From: an uncultured Candidatus Poseidoniales archaeon | GTDB lineage: Archaea; Thermoplasmatota; Poseidoniia; Poseidoniales; Poseidoniaceae | Direction: 5' to 3' | DNA length: 64,000 nt | Assembly (NCBI GenBank): GCA_905182725.1 | Contig: CAJJCQ010000013.1 | Span: 1,849-65,848, forward strand | Shown: piece after piece, positions 9,665 to 21,400 of the stretch | Layout: each line of letters opens with the position of its first letter | Numbering within the stretch: position 1 is the stretch's first letter | Made by a program: the position numbers and the translations under genes | Notes under the pieces: generated by a model | Database searches by the model: none | Seen by the model: only the letters and a program-made list of their open reading frames with translations | Told to the model about the DNA's origin: nothing

Positions 9665-10027
9665 ATGGATGAAAGCCTCAATGTTCTGGGAGAGCCGCTC
9701 GACACCTGCTCCTGTGCACCAATGACTGGTTGGTATCGGGACGGGAAATGTAACACTGACTCAAATGATAGAGGCTCCCATACCGTTTGTTGCGTGGTTA
9801 CTGAAGAATTTCTAAATTATGCTTTGTCAAAGGGGAATGATCTGATCACTCCAATGCCTATGCATGGATTCCCGGGACTCAAACCTGGAGATTCGTGGTG
9901 TGTTTGTGCACAAACATGGCTCGATGCGGTTAATGCAGGAACTGCATGCCCTATCGACATGGAATCTACGCATCAAAAGGCGTTGGAAATTATTCCATTC
10001 GACCTTATCGAGACGCACGCTGTATGA
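9665..10027 (+). CDS. DUF2237 family protein
   Basis: NVLGEPLDTCSCAPMTGWYRDGKCNTDSNDRGSHTVCC...GDSWCVCAQTWLDA matches the conserved Cys pattern of DUF2237; the ORF begins at 9614 but Met at 9665 fits family length. Confidence 0.55.
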   Translation: MDESLNVLGEPLDTCSCAPMTGWYRDGKCNTDSNDRGSHTVCCVVTEEFLNYALSKGNDLITPMPMHGFPGLKPGDSWCVCAQTWLDAVNAGTACPIDMESTHQKALEIIPFDLIETHAV

Positions 10028-10028
10028 T

Positions 10029-10487
10029 TTATTCTTCTTCGGATGTGTATCCGAAGACAAACCACCGCATTGTGGCCCAGGTAAACAGGCCCCAGCAAAG
10101 CATGTTAATCAGGAAAAGTAAACGGATTGGGGCATCAAAAAGAGTGATGAGGGCATCGTACGAAAGGGTTGAGCCTGCCATTCCAAAGGCATAAACGGAA
10201 AGTGCCCCGAGAATAGTGTTCTTGACGTTCTTTCGGCCATCGAATGTAAAAGTCCGGTGAACAAAATGAGCGAAGATACTTGAAATGGCCCATGAAATCG
10301 ACCACATTGCCGTTTCATTGAAAAGATCAAGAAGGAAAGTGGAGCGAAGAACCTCCCATATGATCCAGAACAGGAAGGTGTTGAAGCCACCTGCGATTCC
10401 AAAACGTTGCAACGTCCCCCTCGGAAGAACTTCTGCTACTTTGGGGCGGTTCATTCTGGTGTCCTCAATCGTCATTGGTGATGACAT
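10029..10487 (-). CDS. GtrA-family membrane protein (polysaccharide/glycan biosynthesis)
   Basis: ~4 TM helices and HFVHRTFTF motif similar to GtrA; overlaps the upstream sugar-dehydrogenase gene by 23 nt, suggesting an operon. Confidence 0.5.
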   Translation of the reverse strand: MSSPMTIEDTRMNRPKVAEVLPRGTLQRFGIAGGFNTFLFWIIWEVLRSTFLLDLFNETAMWSISWAISSIFAHFVHRTFTFDGRKNVKNTILGALSVYAFGMAGSTLSYDALITLFDAPIRLLFLINMLCWGLFTWATMRWFVFGYTSEEE

Positions 10488-11307
10488 CGCTGGGTTTTCC
10501 TGTTAGGACATTGCGAAGTTTGGAATTGTCAATTTGAAGAGCGTCCATAAACTCGTATTTACAATCCAACGATTCTGCTAATACCCCAAGAGCCTGTGAG
10601 TCCTTCGGAAGGCACTTGCCGCCAAAGCCCCTGTTGAGGCCAAAGATAGGGTCGAGGTGTGAGGGGCCGATGGGTTGGGTCTGTTCTGCAGTAATCATGT
10701 CGCGAATGGTATACCAATCTTGGCCCATTGCTTGACAAATATCGTACATTTGATTGGCAAAAATAACCTTCATTGCATAAAATGTATTTTTGGTATATTT
10801 GACTAATTCAGCTTGAGTTGGGGTAACGTGGAAGAGGTTTTCTCGGCGGAGAACACCTGCTTCCCTGTGTTGCGAAAACACGCGTTCTGCGACATCTGCA
10901 TGATGTGTTCCGCAGACAAGTAAATCTTGATTGGCAAAGTCTTCGAGGCGTTGGCGTTCAACCAAAAATTCTGGCGAGTAAGCGATCTTGAGGTGTGGAT
11001 AACGTTCGTGGTATGATTCGGTAGTGCCAGGAACAACTGAACTCTTGATGACCGCAGTAAACCCGTCCGGCAATTCATCCAAAACGCTCTCGACAATACG
11101 AGTATCACACGCCCCAGTATCGGGATGCGGTGGTGTTGGCACAGCAATATATGCAAAATCAACATGGTCGGTGACATCGGATAATTGCGTACCTCGAGCT
11201 GGGTCATGAACGAACAGTTCGTGCGCATCTGCGAAACAAATCTCGATGGCGCCTCCGACCATTCCTGCACCAATAATACCGACCTTCATGGTCGAAGGGT
11301 CATGCAC
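10465..11307 (-). CDS. UDP-glucose/GDP-mannose dehydrogenase family protein (short form, lacks C-terminal domain)
   Basis: Rossmann N-terminus [14 protein letters not shown], central NPEFL-like [11 protein letters not shown], catalytic [10 protein letters not shown]; only ~45 aa after the catalytic Cys. Confidence 0.6.
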   Translation of the reverse strand: MHDPSTMKVGIIGAGMVGGAIEICFADAHELFVHDPARGTQLSDVTDHVDFAYIAVPTPPHPDTGACDTRIVESVLDELPDGFTAVIKSSVVPGTTESYHERYPHLKIAYSPEFLVERQRLEDFANQDLLVCGTHHADVAERVFSQHREAGVLRRENLFHVTPTQAELVKYTKNTFYAMKVIFANQMYDICQAMGQDWYTIRDMITAEQTQPIGPSHLDPIFGLNRGFGGKCLPKDSQALGVLAESLDCKYEFMDALQIDNSKLRNVLTGKPSDVITNDD

Positions 11308-11334
11308 ATTGATATGAAGGAATTGGTGAAGTGA

Positions 11335-12093
11335 TTATGGTGAATGTTCGCGGTGAGGTTTAGGATTTAATTTACCATCTTTAACCATTTGAGAGGCGAG
11401 TAGAAGGGTTTCTGGCGTCCCGCAATCAACCCATGTCTCTTCCCCTACTGAGAGCAGTTTTGCCTTACCGAGTTGGATATATTGACGGGTGACGTCCGAA
11501 ATTGAAAACTGTTCTCCGCGTTGTGACATTGCGAAGTCCAAATACGCCCAAAAGTTTTCATCGAACAGATAGATTCCCCCAATAGCAAGATTAGAAGGGG
11601 GGTTTTCTGGTTTCTCGACAATGTCTGTGACGTTTCCGTTTTCATCGAGTACAGCGACTCCGAATGCTTCTGGGTGTTGTTCTTCACGTGCGAGCAGTAC
11701 GCAACCAGGTTCTTTCTCGGTGCCGTTGAATCGATTCACTTCATCGGTCAACTCAAGAGTTGTTATGTTGTCAGAAAAATAGACTAAGACACGACAATCT
11801 TGATTGTATGGGCGGGCAAGGTTGAGAGCATGTCCGACACCGAGAGGTTCTTCTTCGAGTACATAGTGGATTTTCTCATCCTCAAACCCTCCTCCTACGT
11901 GTTGAGCGATTTGGCCCATGAATTCGTTTGAAATGATGGTGATGTTTTTGACTCCAGCGCGACGGATTGTGGCTAAAGCGAAATCAATCACCGGGCGGTT
12001 GTACAATGGTAAGAGTGTTTTCTGGGTGTATCTCGTGAAAGGATACAACCGGCTCCCTCGCCCACCAGCAACCAAGATGGCGTTGGTCATCAT
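11335..12093 (-). CDS. sugar-1-phosphate nucleotidyltransferase (RfbA/GlmU-N-like)
   Basis: LVAGGRGSRLYPFTRYTQKTLLP signature of nucleotidyltransferases. Confidence 0.7.
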   Translation of the reverse strand: MMTNAILVAGGRGSRLYPFTRYTQKTLLPLYNRPVIDFALATIRRAGVKNITIISNEFMGQIAQHVGGGFEDEKIHYVLEEEPLGVGHALNLARPYNQDCRVLVYFSDNITTLELTDEVNRFNGTEKEPGCVLLAREEQHPEAFGVAVLDENGNVTDIVEKPENPPSNLAIGGIYLFDENFWAYLDFAMSQRGEQFSISDVTRQYIQLGKAKLLSVGEETWVDCGTPETLLLASQMVKDGKLNPKPHREHSP

Positions 12094-12129
12094 ACCTCAT
12101 CCGAGGTGGTCGTAGTTATTGGGGTTGCC

Positions 12130-12828
12130 TCAAAATTCTTCATCAGGCTTTTTAGAATCGATTAAATCTTGGACTGCGCCATCCTTTGCATTCTTCTCAA
12201 ACCAATCTGTTTTGACCAAATCGCCTAATTTTTCAACACCTGCTTCAATGAGGTCGATGTCTTTTGATTCAGCATCTTGCCAGCGCTGTTGAGCTTTTTC
12301 GCCATATCGGGCATTGGCTTCACTTACCAAAAGTTCAGATGGGCGTAAATCATCTTCGAGCCCCGCATAGGAGGGTTCAGAAAGAGAAGCATCTCTTCGA
12401 GGTTGTAAAGTATCTAATTGTGATTCTGTTCGGCCTGAGGTAAATCCTTTTTCATCCGAACCACGGTTACGCCGTTGCGTTTTCGACACTTGAATCGATT
12501 GTAAATCCCCAGATTGTACCGCTTGGAAAGCCAGTTCCATTCGGTTTGAATGCTCGAGTATTGTTGGGTCGACTTCAAGCAACATAAAGAGCGCATCTTG
12601 ACGTTCAATAGCTTTTCTTTGTGCCGATACTGCGAGCAGAAATACACTTCCAATTGCTATACTTTCGAATACGACCATCCCGGTAAAGGAGAGTGTTTTG
12701 TTGAACCATCCGATCGACCCAAGAATGAGTATCGATGCGATGAGGGCGAAAAAGCGGAAGCGGAGATGTTGTTTTCTTGTGTTTTCAAACCGATACTGCT
12801 GAAGAAAGTAGGCACTCGGATCTTGCAT
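12130..12828 (-). CDS. membrane protein with coiled-coil C-terminal region (hypothetical)
   Basis: Two N-terminal TM helices, charged C-terminal half. Confidence 0.35.
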   Translation of the reverse strand: MQDPSAYFLQQYRFENTRKQHLRFRFFALIASILILGSIGWFNKTLSFTGMVVFESIAIGSVFLLAVSAQRKAIERQDALFMLLEVDPTILEHSNRMELAFQAVQSGDLQSIQVSKTQRRNRGSDEKGFTSGRTESQLDTLQPRRDASLSEPSYAGLEDDLRPSELLVSEANARYGEKAQQRWQDAESKDIDLIEAGVEKLGDLVKTDWFEKNAKDGAVQDLIDSKKPDEEF

Positions 12829-12837
12829 GGAAAATCA

Positions 12838-13152
12838 TCACCCGTTGAGGACCTTCATGAGTCGAATTCTGTATTCTTCATCGGAAAGTGAGGTGTCTTT
12901 CCAACCAAGGTCGGCTATAGCTTGAATTTGGCTTGCCTCAATGCTGTTTTTCATTCGTTCAAAAGAAAATTGAATCAATAAACCGAATAAAAGTAGAGCT
13001 GCTAAGCCAAAACGCCATTGTTCTGCCAAGTAACCGATGAGAATGCTCAAAAGTACACCTTGGCTAATCGCAAACCAAAGTCTGTTTTGCAACTTACCCT
13101 TCGAATCCAAAGTGTCGAGAAGTCGCTTTGCGCCTTCCTTTTTAGTGGCCAT
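12838..13152 (-). CDS. small membrane protein (hypothetical)
   Basis: Two TM helices; 104 aa. Confidence 0.3.
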   Translation of the reverse strand: MATKKEGAKRLLDTLDSKGKLQNRLWFAISQGVLLSILIGYLAEQWRFGLAALLLFGLLIQFSFERMKNSIEASQIQAIADLGWKDTSLSDEEYRIRLMKVLNG

Positions 13153-13191
13153 GAATCGCCGAAGAAGTGCTTTCCTGTCAATATGTCGGAA

Positions 13192-13968
13192 TCAGTTCAT
13201 CGGAACAAAACAGTCGTCATCGATTTCAATCAAAGTCCCATTCATGAGTAAATGGTCTAATGCTTCGTCGATTTCCTCCGGACTAATGCCGCTGGAATTC
13301 AAGTGTTTGAATATTGTTTCAAGCGTTGCGCAATGCTGGCCTTGTGAGAGTTCAGTTTCCACATGTATGAGGAGCATTTGACATACAACGGCGAGAAGAG
13401 GGTCATCACTTTCTCCATCTGGCAGTAATTCAAGAAAATTGTTTGCAGGATGCAGAGCAACCTCGGAGGTTTTCGAAAGTTCAATGTGATCTTCACTGAC
13501 TGCCGTTCGCTTCCCTAGGCCGTTTAAGCTCGGGTCAACTTCAAGATTGAAGCAATCGAATATGTTACGTTGAAAGGGGTCCGCATCTTGAGTGTCTAGT
13601 ACATCCAGTCGCCGCCCAATTGCTTCAAGTCTGTGTAATCTTTGTTGAATAGATACTTTTTCACGGGACAGGTCAATGGTGATGAGTTCAAGAGCCATAT
13701 TTGCTTGGTCTGCCAGCCACTTTTCAAGATCCCAGCCCGGATTGACACCCCTCATGACCTCAACCAAGCGTTGGACCTCTTCGGGCATTTGATCGACAGC
13801 GATTTGCCCCTCAGAAACCTTGTGATGTTTGTCACTCATATTACCTGCTCTCCTCAATGACGGCCTATGAAACCTCTCGTTTGAGGGAGACCTTGTGTTC
13901 CATTGCAGAAACCACGCACACACCTCATACTCGTAACAAAGTAGCACTGCACCGGTCACATACCTCAT
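13192..13968 (-). CDS. acidic hypothetical protein
   Basis: Long ORF in a consistent coding frame; the real start is possibly MSDKHHK at 13839. Confidence 0.35.
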   Translation of the reverse strand: MRYVTGAVLLCYEYEVCAWFLQWNTRSPSNERFHRPSLRRAGNMSDKHHKVSEGQIAVDQMPEEVQRLVEVMRGVNPGWDLEKWLADQANMALELITIDLSREKVSIQQRLHRLEAIGRRLDVLDTQDADPFQRNIFDCFNLEVDPSLNGLGKRTAVSEDHIELSKTSEVALHPANNFLELLPDGESDDPLLAVVCQMLLIHVETELSQGQHCATLETIFKHLNSSGISPEEIDEALDHLLMNGTLIEIDDDCFVPMN

Positions 13969-14064
13969 GTCGTTGCCAACGGCTTAAATCAAGAAGGCGT
14001 TGAAAGCAGACGGCCTTTGGTAAAAGGGGGCGCGTTCATGTAGGGGTTACTCGTGCGAAAAAAC

Positions 14065-15249
14065 ATGGCAGACTATCGTATTGGAATATTACCTGGCGAT
14101 GGAACAGGTCGAGAAGTCGCGCTTGAGGCTCAAAGAATTCTCAACACGATCGAACAACATACAAACCAAGGTTTCGAACAAACTGTCATTCAATGCGGTG
14201 GGCAGCACTATCTCGAAACCGGAGAAGAATGGGCTGAAGGTTCATTTGATTTCTGTCGTGAAGAAGCCGATGCTTTGTATCTCGGAGCAATTGGTTACCC
14301 CGGCGCAACCCTTCCAAATGGCGACCTCGCTGGTGGCTCGGTTATTCTTGGACTACGCAGTGGCCTCGATCTCTATGCGAATCTTCGACCAATCAAACTC
14401 TATGAAGGAGTGCCACACAAAGTTCATGGGAAATTTACCCAAATCTGGGAACCTGGAATGGTTGATATGACCATTCTACGAGAAAACACAGAAGGACTGT
14501 ATCATTCTCTTCTTCGACGCAGTGCTGACCGTGCCATGGGCCGTCCACCTTACGAACCTCCAGAAATGACATTCCCTGGCCTCAAGGGCGAAGTTGCTTA
14601 CGACCCTCGCCCAATCTCCGAACATGGCAGTGAACGTCTTATTCGAATGGGCTTTGAAATTGCTGAGACGAGGAATGGGGCTCCAATCGACGGGAAAAAG
14701 CGCGTTTCATGTATCGACAAATCCAATGTAACCCGTGGATGCCAATTATTCCGACGAACATTCGACAAAGTGGCCCCTGACTATCCCGGTACGGAACTTG
14801 ATTACGGCTACATTGACGCGTTCACTCAATGGCTCACTCGAAGTCCTGAAAGTTACGATGTTGTTGTGACTTCAAACATGTTTGGTGACATTGCAACAGA
14901 TTTGGGCGCCGTTCTCCAAGGAGGAATGGGTATGGCTGCATCTGGAAACATCGGCGACAAGAATGCATTCTTTGAACCGGTCCATGGCTCGGCACCAAAA
15001 TATGCAGGAATGAATAAAGTCAACCCAATCGCGAGTATCAATTCAATTCAGTTGATGATGAACTGGCTCGGTGGTAAAAATAACGATGATGAATTGACTC
15101 TCATTGGTAGTCTAATCGATGAAAGTGTTGCTGACCATTTACGAGATGGGAAAGGACTCACCTATGACTTGGGTGGCGATGCTTCGTGTTCAAGTGTTGG
15201 AGAAGGTATTGCTGCTCGACTTGCAACCAAGTTACAAAACACGTTCTAA
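14065..15249 (+). CDS. isocitrate/3-isopropylmalate/tartrate dehydrogenase family protein
   Basis: N-terminal [15 protein letters not shown] and [27 protein letters not shown] signature. Confidence 0.8.
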   Translation: MADYRIGILPGDGTGREVALEAQRILNTIEQHTNQGFEQTVIQCGGQHYLETGEEWAEGSFDFCREEADALYLGAIGYPGATLPNGDLAGGSVILGLRSGLDLYANLRPIKLYEGVPHKVHGKFTQIWEPGMVDMTILRENTEGLYHSLLRRSADRAMGRPPYEPPEMTFPGLKGEVAYDPRPISEHGSERLIRMGFEIAETRNGAPIDGKKRVSCIDKSNVTRGCQLFRRTFDKVAPDYPGTELDYGYIDAFTQWLTRSPESYDVVVTSNMFGDIATDLGAVLQGGMGMAASGNIGDKNAFFEPVHGSAPKYAGMNKVNPIASINSIQLMMNWLGGKNNDDELTLIGSLIDESVADHLRDGKGLTYDLGGDASCSSVGEGIAARLATKLQNTF

Positions 15250-15866
15250 GTCTCTTGGCGCCGCCGGAGTTCTGCTTCAAATTCACTCCACAGTTCTTGT
15301 TCAATTTGCTTGCGCAATTCTGGCTCTAAGACGGTTTGGACTTGAACCACCACCTCCCCCCATATTTCGGTCGCCATTGTGTTTCGGATTTCGATTTCTG
15401 TGGCTTGAATCATTTCTTGGACTTCGATTACAGAAAAACTTTGATCTGGTTCTTCGTTTGAAACTCGAAGGTTTTCTGCTTGAACAATTCGTTCTATTTC
15501 GTCCATTAATCGAGCAACAACGCTCAACTCCCATGTATCGCGAGGGTGAGGGACATCCATGTTTGTCACCGTATTCCTCAAGGTTTGTACAATTCGTGAT
15601 CGAACGGGAGTACCTATTTCAAAATCCCGAACGCCTGAAATGAAACCTACCAATGATTCGAGCCATTCATCTTCAGAAATTTCTTGACCGCATCCCGGGC
15701 AACCGATCTCTGGAGCGTTTGGGCGTGTATCCGGGGGTTGTTCTGTAAGTACTTCGTCCAAATTCTTCTTTTCTCGACGTTTCGGTTCTGGTGGCAATTC
15801 CAGATCAAACGAAATAGATGACCCAAAGGTGTGTTTTTTAGGATTGGGGTTCGGACTTTCGCTCAT
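15246..15866 (-). CDS. hypothetical protein (single CPGCG motif, coiled-coil C-terminus)
   Basis: 206-aa ORF overlapping the upstream gene by 4 nt. Confidence 0.35.
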   Translation of the reverse strand: MSESPNPNPKKHTFGSSISFDLELPPEPKRREKKNLDEVLTEQPPDTRPNAPEIGCPGCGQEISEDEWLESLVGFISGVRDFEIGTPVRSRIVQTLRNTVTNMDVPHPRDTWELSVVARLMDEIERIVQAENLRVSNEEPDQSFSVIEVQEMIQATEIEIRNTMATEIWGEVVVQVQTVLEPELRKQIEQELWSEFEAELRRRQET

Positions 15867-15942
15867 TTCAATCGTTAATCATCGTTCTTGAATAAAAAGA
15901 ATTTGCCGGTAAAGCCCCTTAAATGGAGTTTAAATGACCAAA

Positions 15943-16695
15943 TTACCCTTCCGAAGAAAGAAAACTTGCGATATGGGTAAAGGCTTCTTCGATGGTTTGA
16001 GCGTTTTGATAATTTTCGACTGGTTTGGTCGCCGCACCTGAGAGAAGCATTTCATTCATGTTTGTAATCACCCTTGACAATTCATCTATGATGGTAACTG
16101 AAGCCATTCGAGCTGTTCGTGAGAGAGGGTTCAGATCGATGACAAGAACTGTTTTGCCCATAGCCACTAAAGCCTCGCATCTGTCACCGTCTTCAAGTGG
16201 TACAAGAAGTACATCCGATTCAAAAATCCCTTGCTTCGTACAATTAGCGCGGGGGCCCTCAAGGCCTGGAATTCGGGCATCGGGTTCAGCTCCAAGAATC
16301 TCGACATCCAGTTTTTCTTGAAGTTTAATTTCATTCAGGTGGCCGAGCAGAGCCTTCATTCGTTCTGGTGTTCGGTAAAAAATATTAATTTCTACAGGGC
16401 ATTTGAGTTGATGTGCCAGATGAAGTACTTCTTTACCTGCAAGAGCAACAACATTGCCATTGAGGCTGATCACTGGGCGTTTGGCTGATGACAAAAGTGC
16501 GAGAGCCTGTTGCGTTGCTCTTAGCGCGCTTGGAATCGTTTGTTCACCGAGCAAGTAATCGAATGCTTCACCTCTACCGTGTGCAATCAGTGCACTCCCA
16601 GCAAGCATTCCTTTTTTCTCGGCTTCTTCGAGACGATGTCGCATCAACAAGGATTGATAACGTGGATGACTAGGGTCTGCAGCGATTTCGGTCAT
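15943..16695 (-). CDS. archaea-type conserved protein, possibly 4-phosphopantoate--beta-alanine ligase (COG1701-like)
   Basis: HPRYQSL...IAHGRGEAFDYLLGE motif recalled from archaeal phosphopantothenate synthetases; recollection only, not verified. Confidence 0.3.
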   Translation of the reverse strand: MTEIAADPSHPRYQSLLMRHRLEEAEKKGMLAGSALIAHGRGEAFDYLLGEQTIPSALRATQQALALLSSAKRPVISLNGNVVALAGKEVLHLAHQLKCPVEINIFYRTPERMKALLGHLNEIKLQEKLDVEILGAEPDARIPGLEGPRANCTKQGIFESDVLLVPLEDGDRCEALVAMGKTVLVIDLNPLSRTARMASVTIIDELSRVITNMNEMLLSGAATKPVENYQNAQTIEEAFTHIASFLSSEG

Positions 16696-16704
16696 CGTAT
16701 TCCC

Positions 16705-17679
16705 TCAAGCACCGTCGACAATCATCGAAATATCAAGTGGTGAAACGCCTCGATTGACTGCACTTGTCGAAAGTACATCGATTCCGCTTTCATGCCATTC
16801 ATCGAGTTGGTCATACACAATTCCGCCACTCGCTTCAAGGCAGATATGGTCTCTCAGATTCATCTCAACTAATTGAGCCACGATTTCTCGACTTCGTTCA
16901 GGGCCAAAATTATCCAGCATGATGACCAGTTTAGGGAGCACTTCTCCTTCACGTTGAGCCCAAGTTGCAGCAGCCAAGATTGCTTCTTTGTCTTCCCGTA
17001 CCTCGATTTCTAGGAAAGCACCACAATCGTCTGCGGACACTTCTTGTAAATAGGCGACAATTCGGCTTGCATGGGTGTCTAAATCCTCGTGCATTGATGC
17101 GAGGTCGTTTTCTTTCAGCATCTTGGCATCGTCTCGATGTAAACGATGAGTCAAACCGCCACCGAGGTGGACGGCCCATTTGTCCAACAAGCCCCATACT
17201 GTTTTCCGAGTACAAGCAATTTGACCAGGAGCGCGCGCAGACCAACGTTTCGCTTCTGTTGCAATTCCGGAGAGTTGACCTAACAGATTTAGAATGCTTC
17301 GCTCCATGGCGAGAAGGATTTCTCGGTCACCAGAAAGGATGGCGATTTCATCATCCTGTGATACTTTCTTCCCGTCACTTGCCATCCAAGATATTTTCAA
17401 AGAAGGTGCCCAAATTTGCAGCATGTGATCTACCGCTGCAGTACCGACAATTATTCCATCAGCACGCGCATAAAGAGTAGCATTGATTTTCTGTGAACCG
17501 CCCATAAATGGCATATTTATTCCATCATCTGCGAGTAAAGCACTGACCCACCGGTCAATACTTGCTAAAAGCAAGCGGGAAGGACCTTCTTCAGCAGTCC
17601 ATAACTCATACCCGCGGTCATGCGGGGGGCGCGTTAGGTCTGCCATGGCGGGCGCTGGGGGTTTGGTGTCTTGAAACAT
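16705..17679 (-). CDS. nadC: nicotinate-nucleotide pyrophosphorylase (quinolinate phosphoribosyltransferase)
   Basis: ACTRKTVWGL...HLGGGLTHRLHRDDAKMLKEND...IMLDNF...LEASGGI motifs; the start is probably MADLTRP at 17646. Confidence 0.8.
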   Translation of the reverse strand: MFQDTKPPAPAMADLTRPPHDRGYELWTAEEGPSRLLLASIDRWVSALLADDGINMPFMGGSQKINATLYARADGIIVGTAAVDHMLQIWAPSLKISWMASDGKKVSQDDEIAILSGDREILLAMERSILNLLGQLSGIATEAKRWSARAPGQIACTRKTVWGLLDKWAVHLGGGLTHRLHRDDAKMLKENDLASMHEDLDTHASRIVAYLQEVSADDCGAFLEIEVREDKEAILAAATWAQREGEVLPKLVIMLDNFGPERSREIVAQLVEMNLRDHICLEASGGIVYDQLDEWHESGIDVLSTSAVNRGVSPLDISMIVDGA

Positions 17680-18450
17680 ATAGATGAGTTACAAGTGATG
17701 GCTGTGCTTGTACAAGTTTTGATAAGGAGAAGGCGAGGGTTCGAAGATATGGATTCTCGGGGTGAAGGAGAGATTGTTCAACTCAAATCGGTTCTATCCT
17801 CTGTCGATGTGATTCACATCTATGGTGCTGGCCTCAATTCAGAACGCCCGGCTCATTCTGCTGTGTCAGAATTGAAACAGCGCGGCTGGGCCATTGCGCC
17901 GATTCATATCAATGATGGAGGCGCTACAATTGAAGGATTTCCGATACGGCCTGAACTCGATGATGGCGTCATCCCAAAAGTCGTGGTTTTGTTCCTTGCC
18001 CCTGAACGCTCACGGGCTGTTGTTCGTAATCTCATCATTCGATTCTCAAAAGAAGAATTTCCACTGGTATGGTTTCAGCTGGGTGCAGAAGACGAGCAAT
18101 CTCGACAAGCACTCGAGGAGATGGGGGCGTTGTATATCGAACATGATTGCCTTGTCCGATTTGCAGAAAGGCACTCGCTGAAGTGTAATGTATCCCCATT
18201 GCCACAGCAATGGTGCTTACAGACTGCATCTGAAGATGGCGATGGGTGTTCGGTTTGGAGTGTTCATTCTTCTGATTCTGCTTCTTTGTCACGCCCAACG
18301 CAATCACTGGAATGGGTGGGCTCACTTGATGACCTGGCTCAATCGAGACATACCATTCCACGGTATATTCGGTCGTTGAAAAGCAGCGAGGAAACCCTCC
18401 AAGCACTCGCCCTTCGTTTATCTGGCCAAGTGCTAACAGAAGACAGGTAG
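17671..18450 (+). CDS. CoA-binding domain protein (COG1832-like) with C-terminal extension
   Basis: IYGAGLNSERPAHSAV...GWAIAPIHIN...VVLFLAPERS...VWFQLGAEDEQ pattern of the YccU-like CoA-binding fold. Confidence 0.5.
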   Translation: MKHIDELQVMAVLVQVLIRRRRGFEDMDSRGEGEIVQLKSVLSSVDVIHIYGAGLNSERPAHSAVSELKQRGWAIAPIHINDGGATIEGFPIRPELDDGVIPKVVVLFLAPERSRAVVRNLIIRFSKEEFPLVWFQLGAEDEQSRQALEEMGALYIEHDCLVRFAERHSLKCNVSPLPQQWCLQTASEDGDGCSVWSVHSSDSASLSRPTQSLEWVGSLDDLAQSRHTIPRYIRSLKSSEETLQALALRLSGQVLTEDR

Positions 18451-18457
18451 TGCTAAT

Positions 18458-21400
18458 ATGGACCAAGTACGACAAGAAAGTATGCGCACTTGTGCCATAC
18501 TGTTCGTACTGGTATGTTCATTGCTCTCGCCAATGGCAAGCGCATTTGCCTCTCCATCTTCTGAACCTCTCGAAACTGGAATTACGGAAACAAGGGATGG
18601 AACTCTTGTCGAGTCGTATTCTCCAATAATTCAGGCTGCCCTCGCCCATAAAAGCGACCTTTCAATCTATTCAGAAGCACAGTTGGAGTCCGCTACCCAG
18701 TGGGTCGTTATTGCACCTCAATATGCCGGTGAGCCTGCAAAGGAACTCCCGGGTGCATGGATTGTTGATGTGAATCCATTTGAAGCGCCAAATTTGTTCT
18801 CGCAACAAAGAGAAGACGGTATGATCGAAGCTGCTTATCCTTTAGTCGAAAACGACATGCAACCGCGCTGGGTTCCAAATGACCCCAAATTCTCCGACCA
18901 ATGGCACCTCCAGAACACTGGCCAAACCGGAGGAACAAGTGGGGAAGACGTCAACATCACGGGCGCCTGGAATTCATACAGAGGGACGGGAGTTGTCATT
19001 GGAATCGTGGACGATGGACTCGACTGGACTCACCCTGATTTAGATAATTATTACGAATCGACACTTGACTACGATTTCTGTGGCGATGATGGCGATCCTT
19101 CTCCGAGCTCCAACAATGCTCATGGCACAGCCTCAGCGGGAGTTGCGGCAGGCGTTGGTGACAACAACATCGGCGTCAGTGGCTCAGCCCCCAAGGCAGG
19201 TCTTGCTGGACTGCAGTTGATCTCATGCAGCACAACTGATGTTCGCGAAGGCGGCGCTTTAGGACACGAACGTCAAGATATTGATATTTATTCAAATTCA
19301 TGGGGTCCCAGCGATAATGGAAAAACTCTTGAAGGGCCCGGGCCGTTGATGTTAGCGGCCATGGAAAACGATGCTTCAATTGGAAGAAGTGGGCTTGGAA
19401 ACATCATCACATGGGCCGCTGGGAATGGATTGGATGATGAGGATAATTCAAATTACGATGGATATGCAAACCTTCGTTACACCATCGCAGTGACCGCTGT
19501 AGATCACAAAGGTCGACAATCCTACTACGCTGAACCTGGCGCGAACATCCTCGTCGCCTCGCCCTCAAATGGCGATGGTGAAAGCATCACTACAACCGAC
19601 ATCGAAGGTTCTGGTGGATACACAAACAACGATTACACTGATTCCTTTGGTGGAACTTCTTCAGCAACTCCTCTTGTTTCTGGCGTCATTGCTCTGATGC
19701 TCGAAGCAAACTCGAACTTGACATGGCGCGATGTTCAACACATCATCGTCCTCACCTCTCGTAAAAACGATGCTTCGGATTCTTCTTGGGGAGTCAATGG
19801 GGCTGGCCATGAGGTGAGTCACAAGTACGGGTATGGTGTAATCGACGCTGGTGCGGCGGTTTCAATGGCAGAAAGCTGGACTTCCGTTGAAGAAGAAGTC
19901 TCCTTCTCATCAGGTACAACCACAGTCGATACAGATATTCCAGACAACAGCCCGAACTATATCTCAAGCAATACCACAGTCACCGATGCAATCTTAGTCG
20001 AAAATGTCGACATCATCGTAGATATCCCTCATGACTTCCGTGGTGATCTGGAAATCATCTTGACAAGCCCCTCTGGGACAGAAAGCGTGTTGAGTGAAAA
20101 ACACGACGATGATAATTCCGATTACAATAATTGGCGCTTTTCAACCGTGCATAACTGGGATGAAGACAGCCGTGGTAACTGGACACTCACCGTCGAAGAC
20201 CAAGGAAACAATGATGTCGGCTCATTCGATGAGTGGGAACTGATTATTTATGGCACCCAAATGAATCTTGATTCTGACGGTGATAACCTCTCAGATACCA
20301 ACGAAACCGAAGTCTATGGCACCGACCCTAATGATATTGACACCGATGATGATACCATCAATGATGGTGCAGAAGTGCTGATCTATGGGACCAATCCTCT
20401 ACTCAGCGATACCGATGCTGACGGTTTATCAGATGGAGTTGAAATCAATGTCAATGGAACCGACCCGTTGGACAACGATACCGATGATGATTTGTTACTC
20501 GATGGAGAGGAAGTGTTGCTGTACGGCACCAACCCATTAGTCCCCGACCCAGACAACGATGGTGATGCTTTCTACTGGTTCCAAGACTGTAACGATACCA
20601 ATGCAATGGTCTACCCTGGCGCACTTGAAGTTCTCAACGGTATCGATGATAATTGCGATGGCCAATGGGATGAAGGATTCAATGCCACCGATACGGATGG
20701 AGATGGGCTTTCGGACTTTGGTGAATTCCACGTCTTCGGCACCAATCTCTCTGACGCCGATACCGATGGTGATTTCTTGAATGATGGAGAGGAAGTTTTG
20801 ACCCTCCTCACTGACCCCTTAGTCAAAGACAACGACACCGACATGGATGGTTTCTATTGGTTTGAAGATTGTAATGACACCAATTCGAGTATTTACCCGG
20901 GTGCACTTGAACTCTTAGATAACATCGACAACAACTGTGATGGTGAAGCTGATGAATCATTTATTGGCACAGATGCGGATGCGGACGGATTACTCGATTT
21001 GGTTGAATTCCTCGAAATCGGGACAGATCCGTTTGATGATGATACTGACGGTGATGGACTGAGGGATGGGATTGAAGTTCTTTCTACCTTCACCAACCCA
21101 TTCGTAATTGACCCAGATGCCGACCAAGATGGTTTCCGTTGGTTCCTTGATTGCGATGATAACGATTCTGCTCGCTCACCAAATGCTCTCGAAATTTGGA
21201 ATGGGTTGGATGATGATTGTGATGGAGGAATTGACGAAAGTGTTGACAGGAGGTCGGGCCTTACACCTGCACCTCTGATGTCAGATCTTGTCCTTAATGC
21301 GACCAACGATACACTCGAGCTTGCCCTCTCACTCGAATTAGATGATGCATCGATTCAGCGACTCAACCTTACTGTTCAGTGGTACAGAAATCAAAGTTTA

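Noticed and set aside
20250-21240. Highly repetitive GAT/GAC-rich nucleotide stretch
   Set aside because: It is coding, encoding the DxDxDG Ca-binding and Cys-rich repeat modules of the S8 protease, not a non-coding satellite
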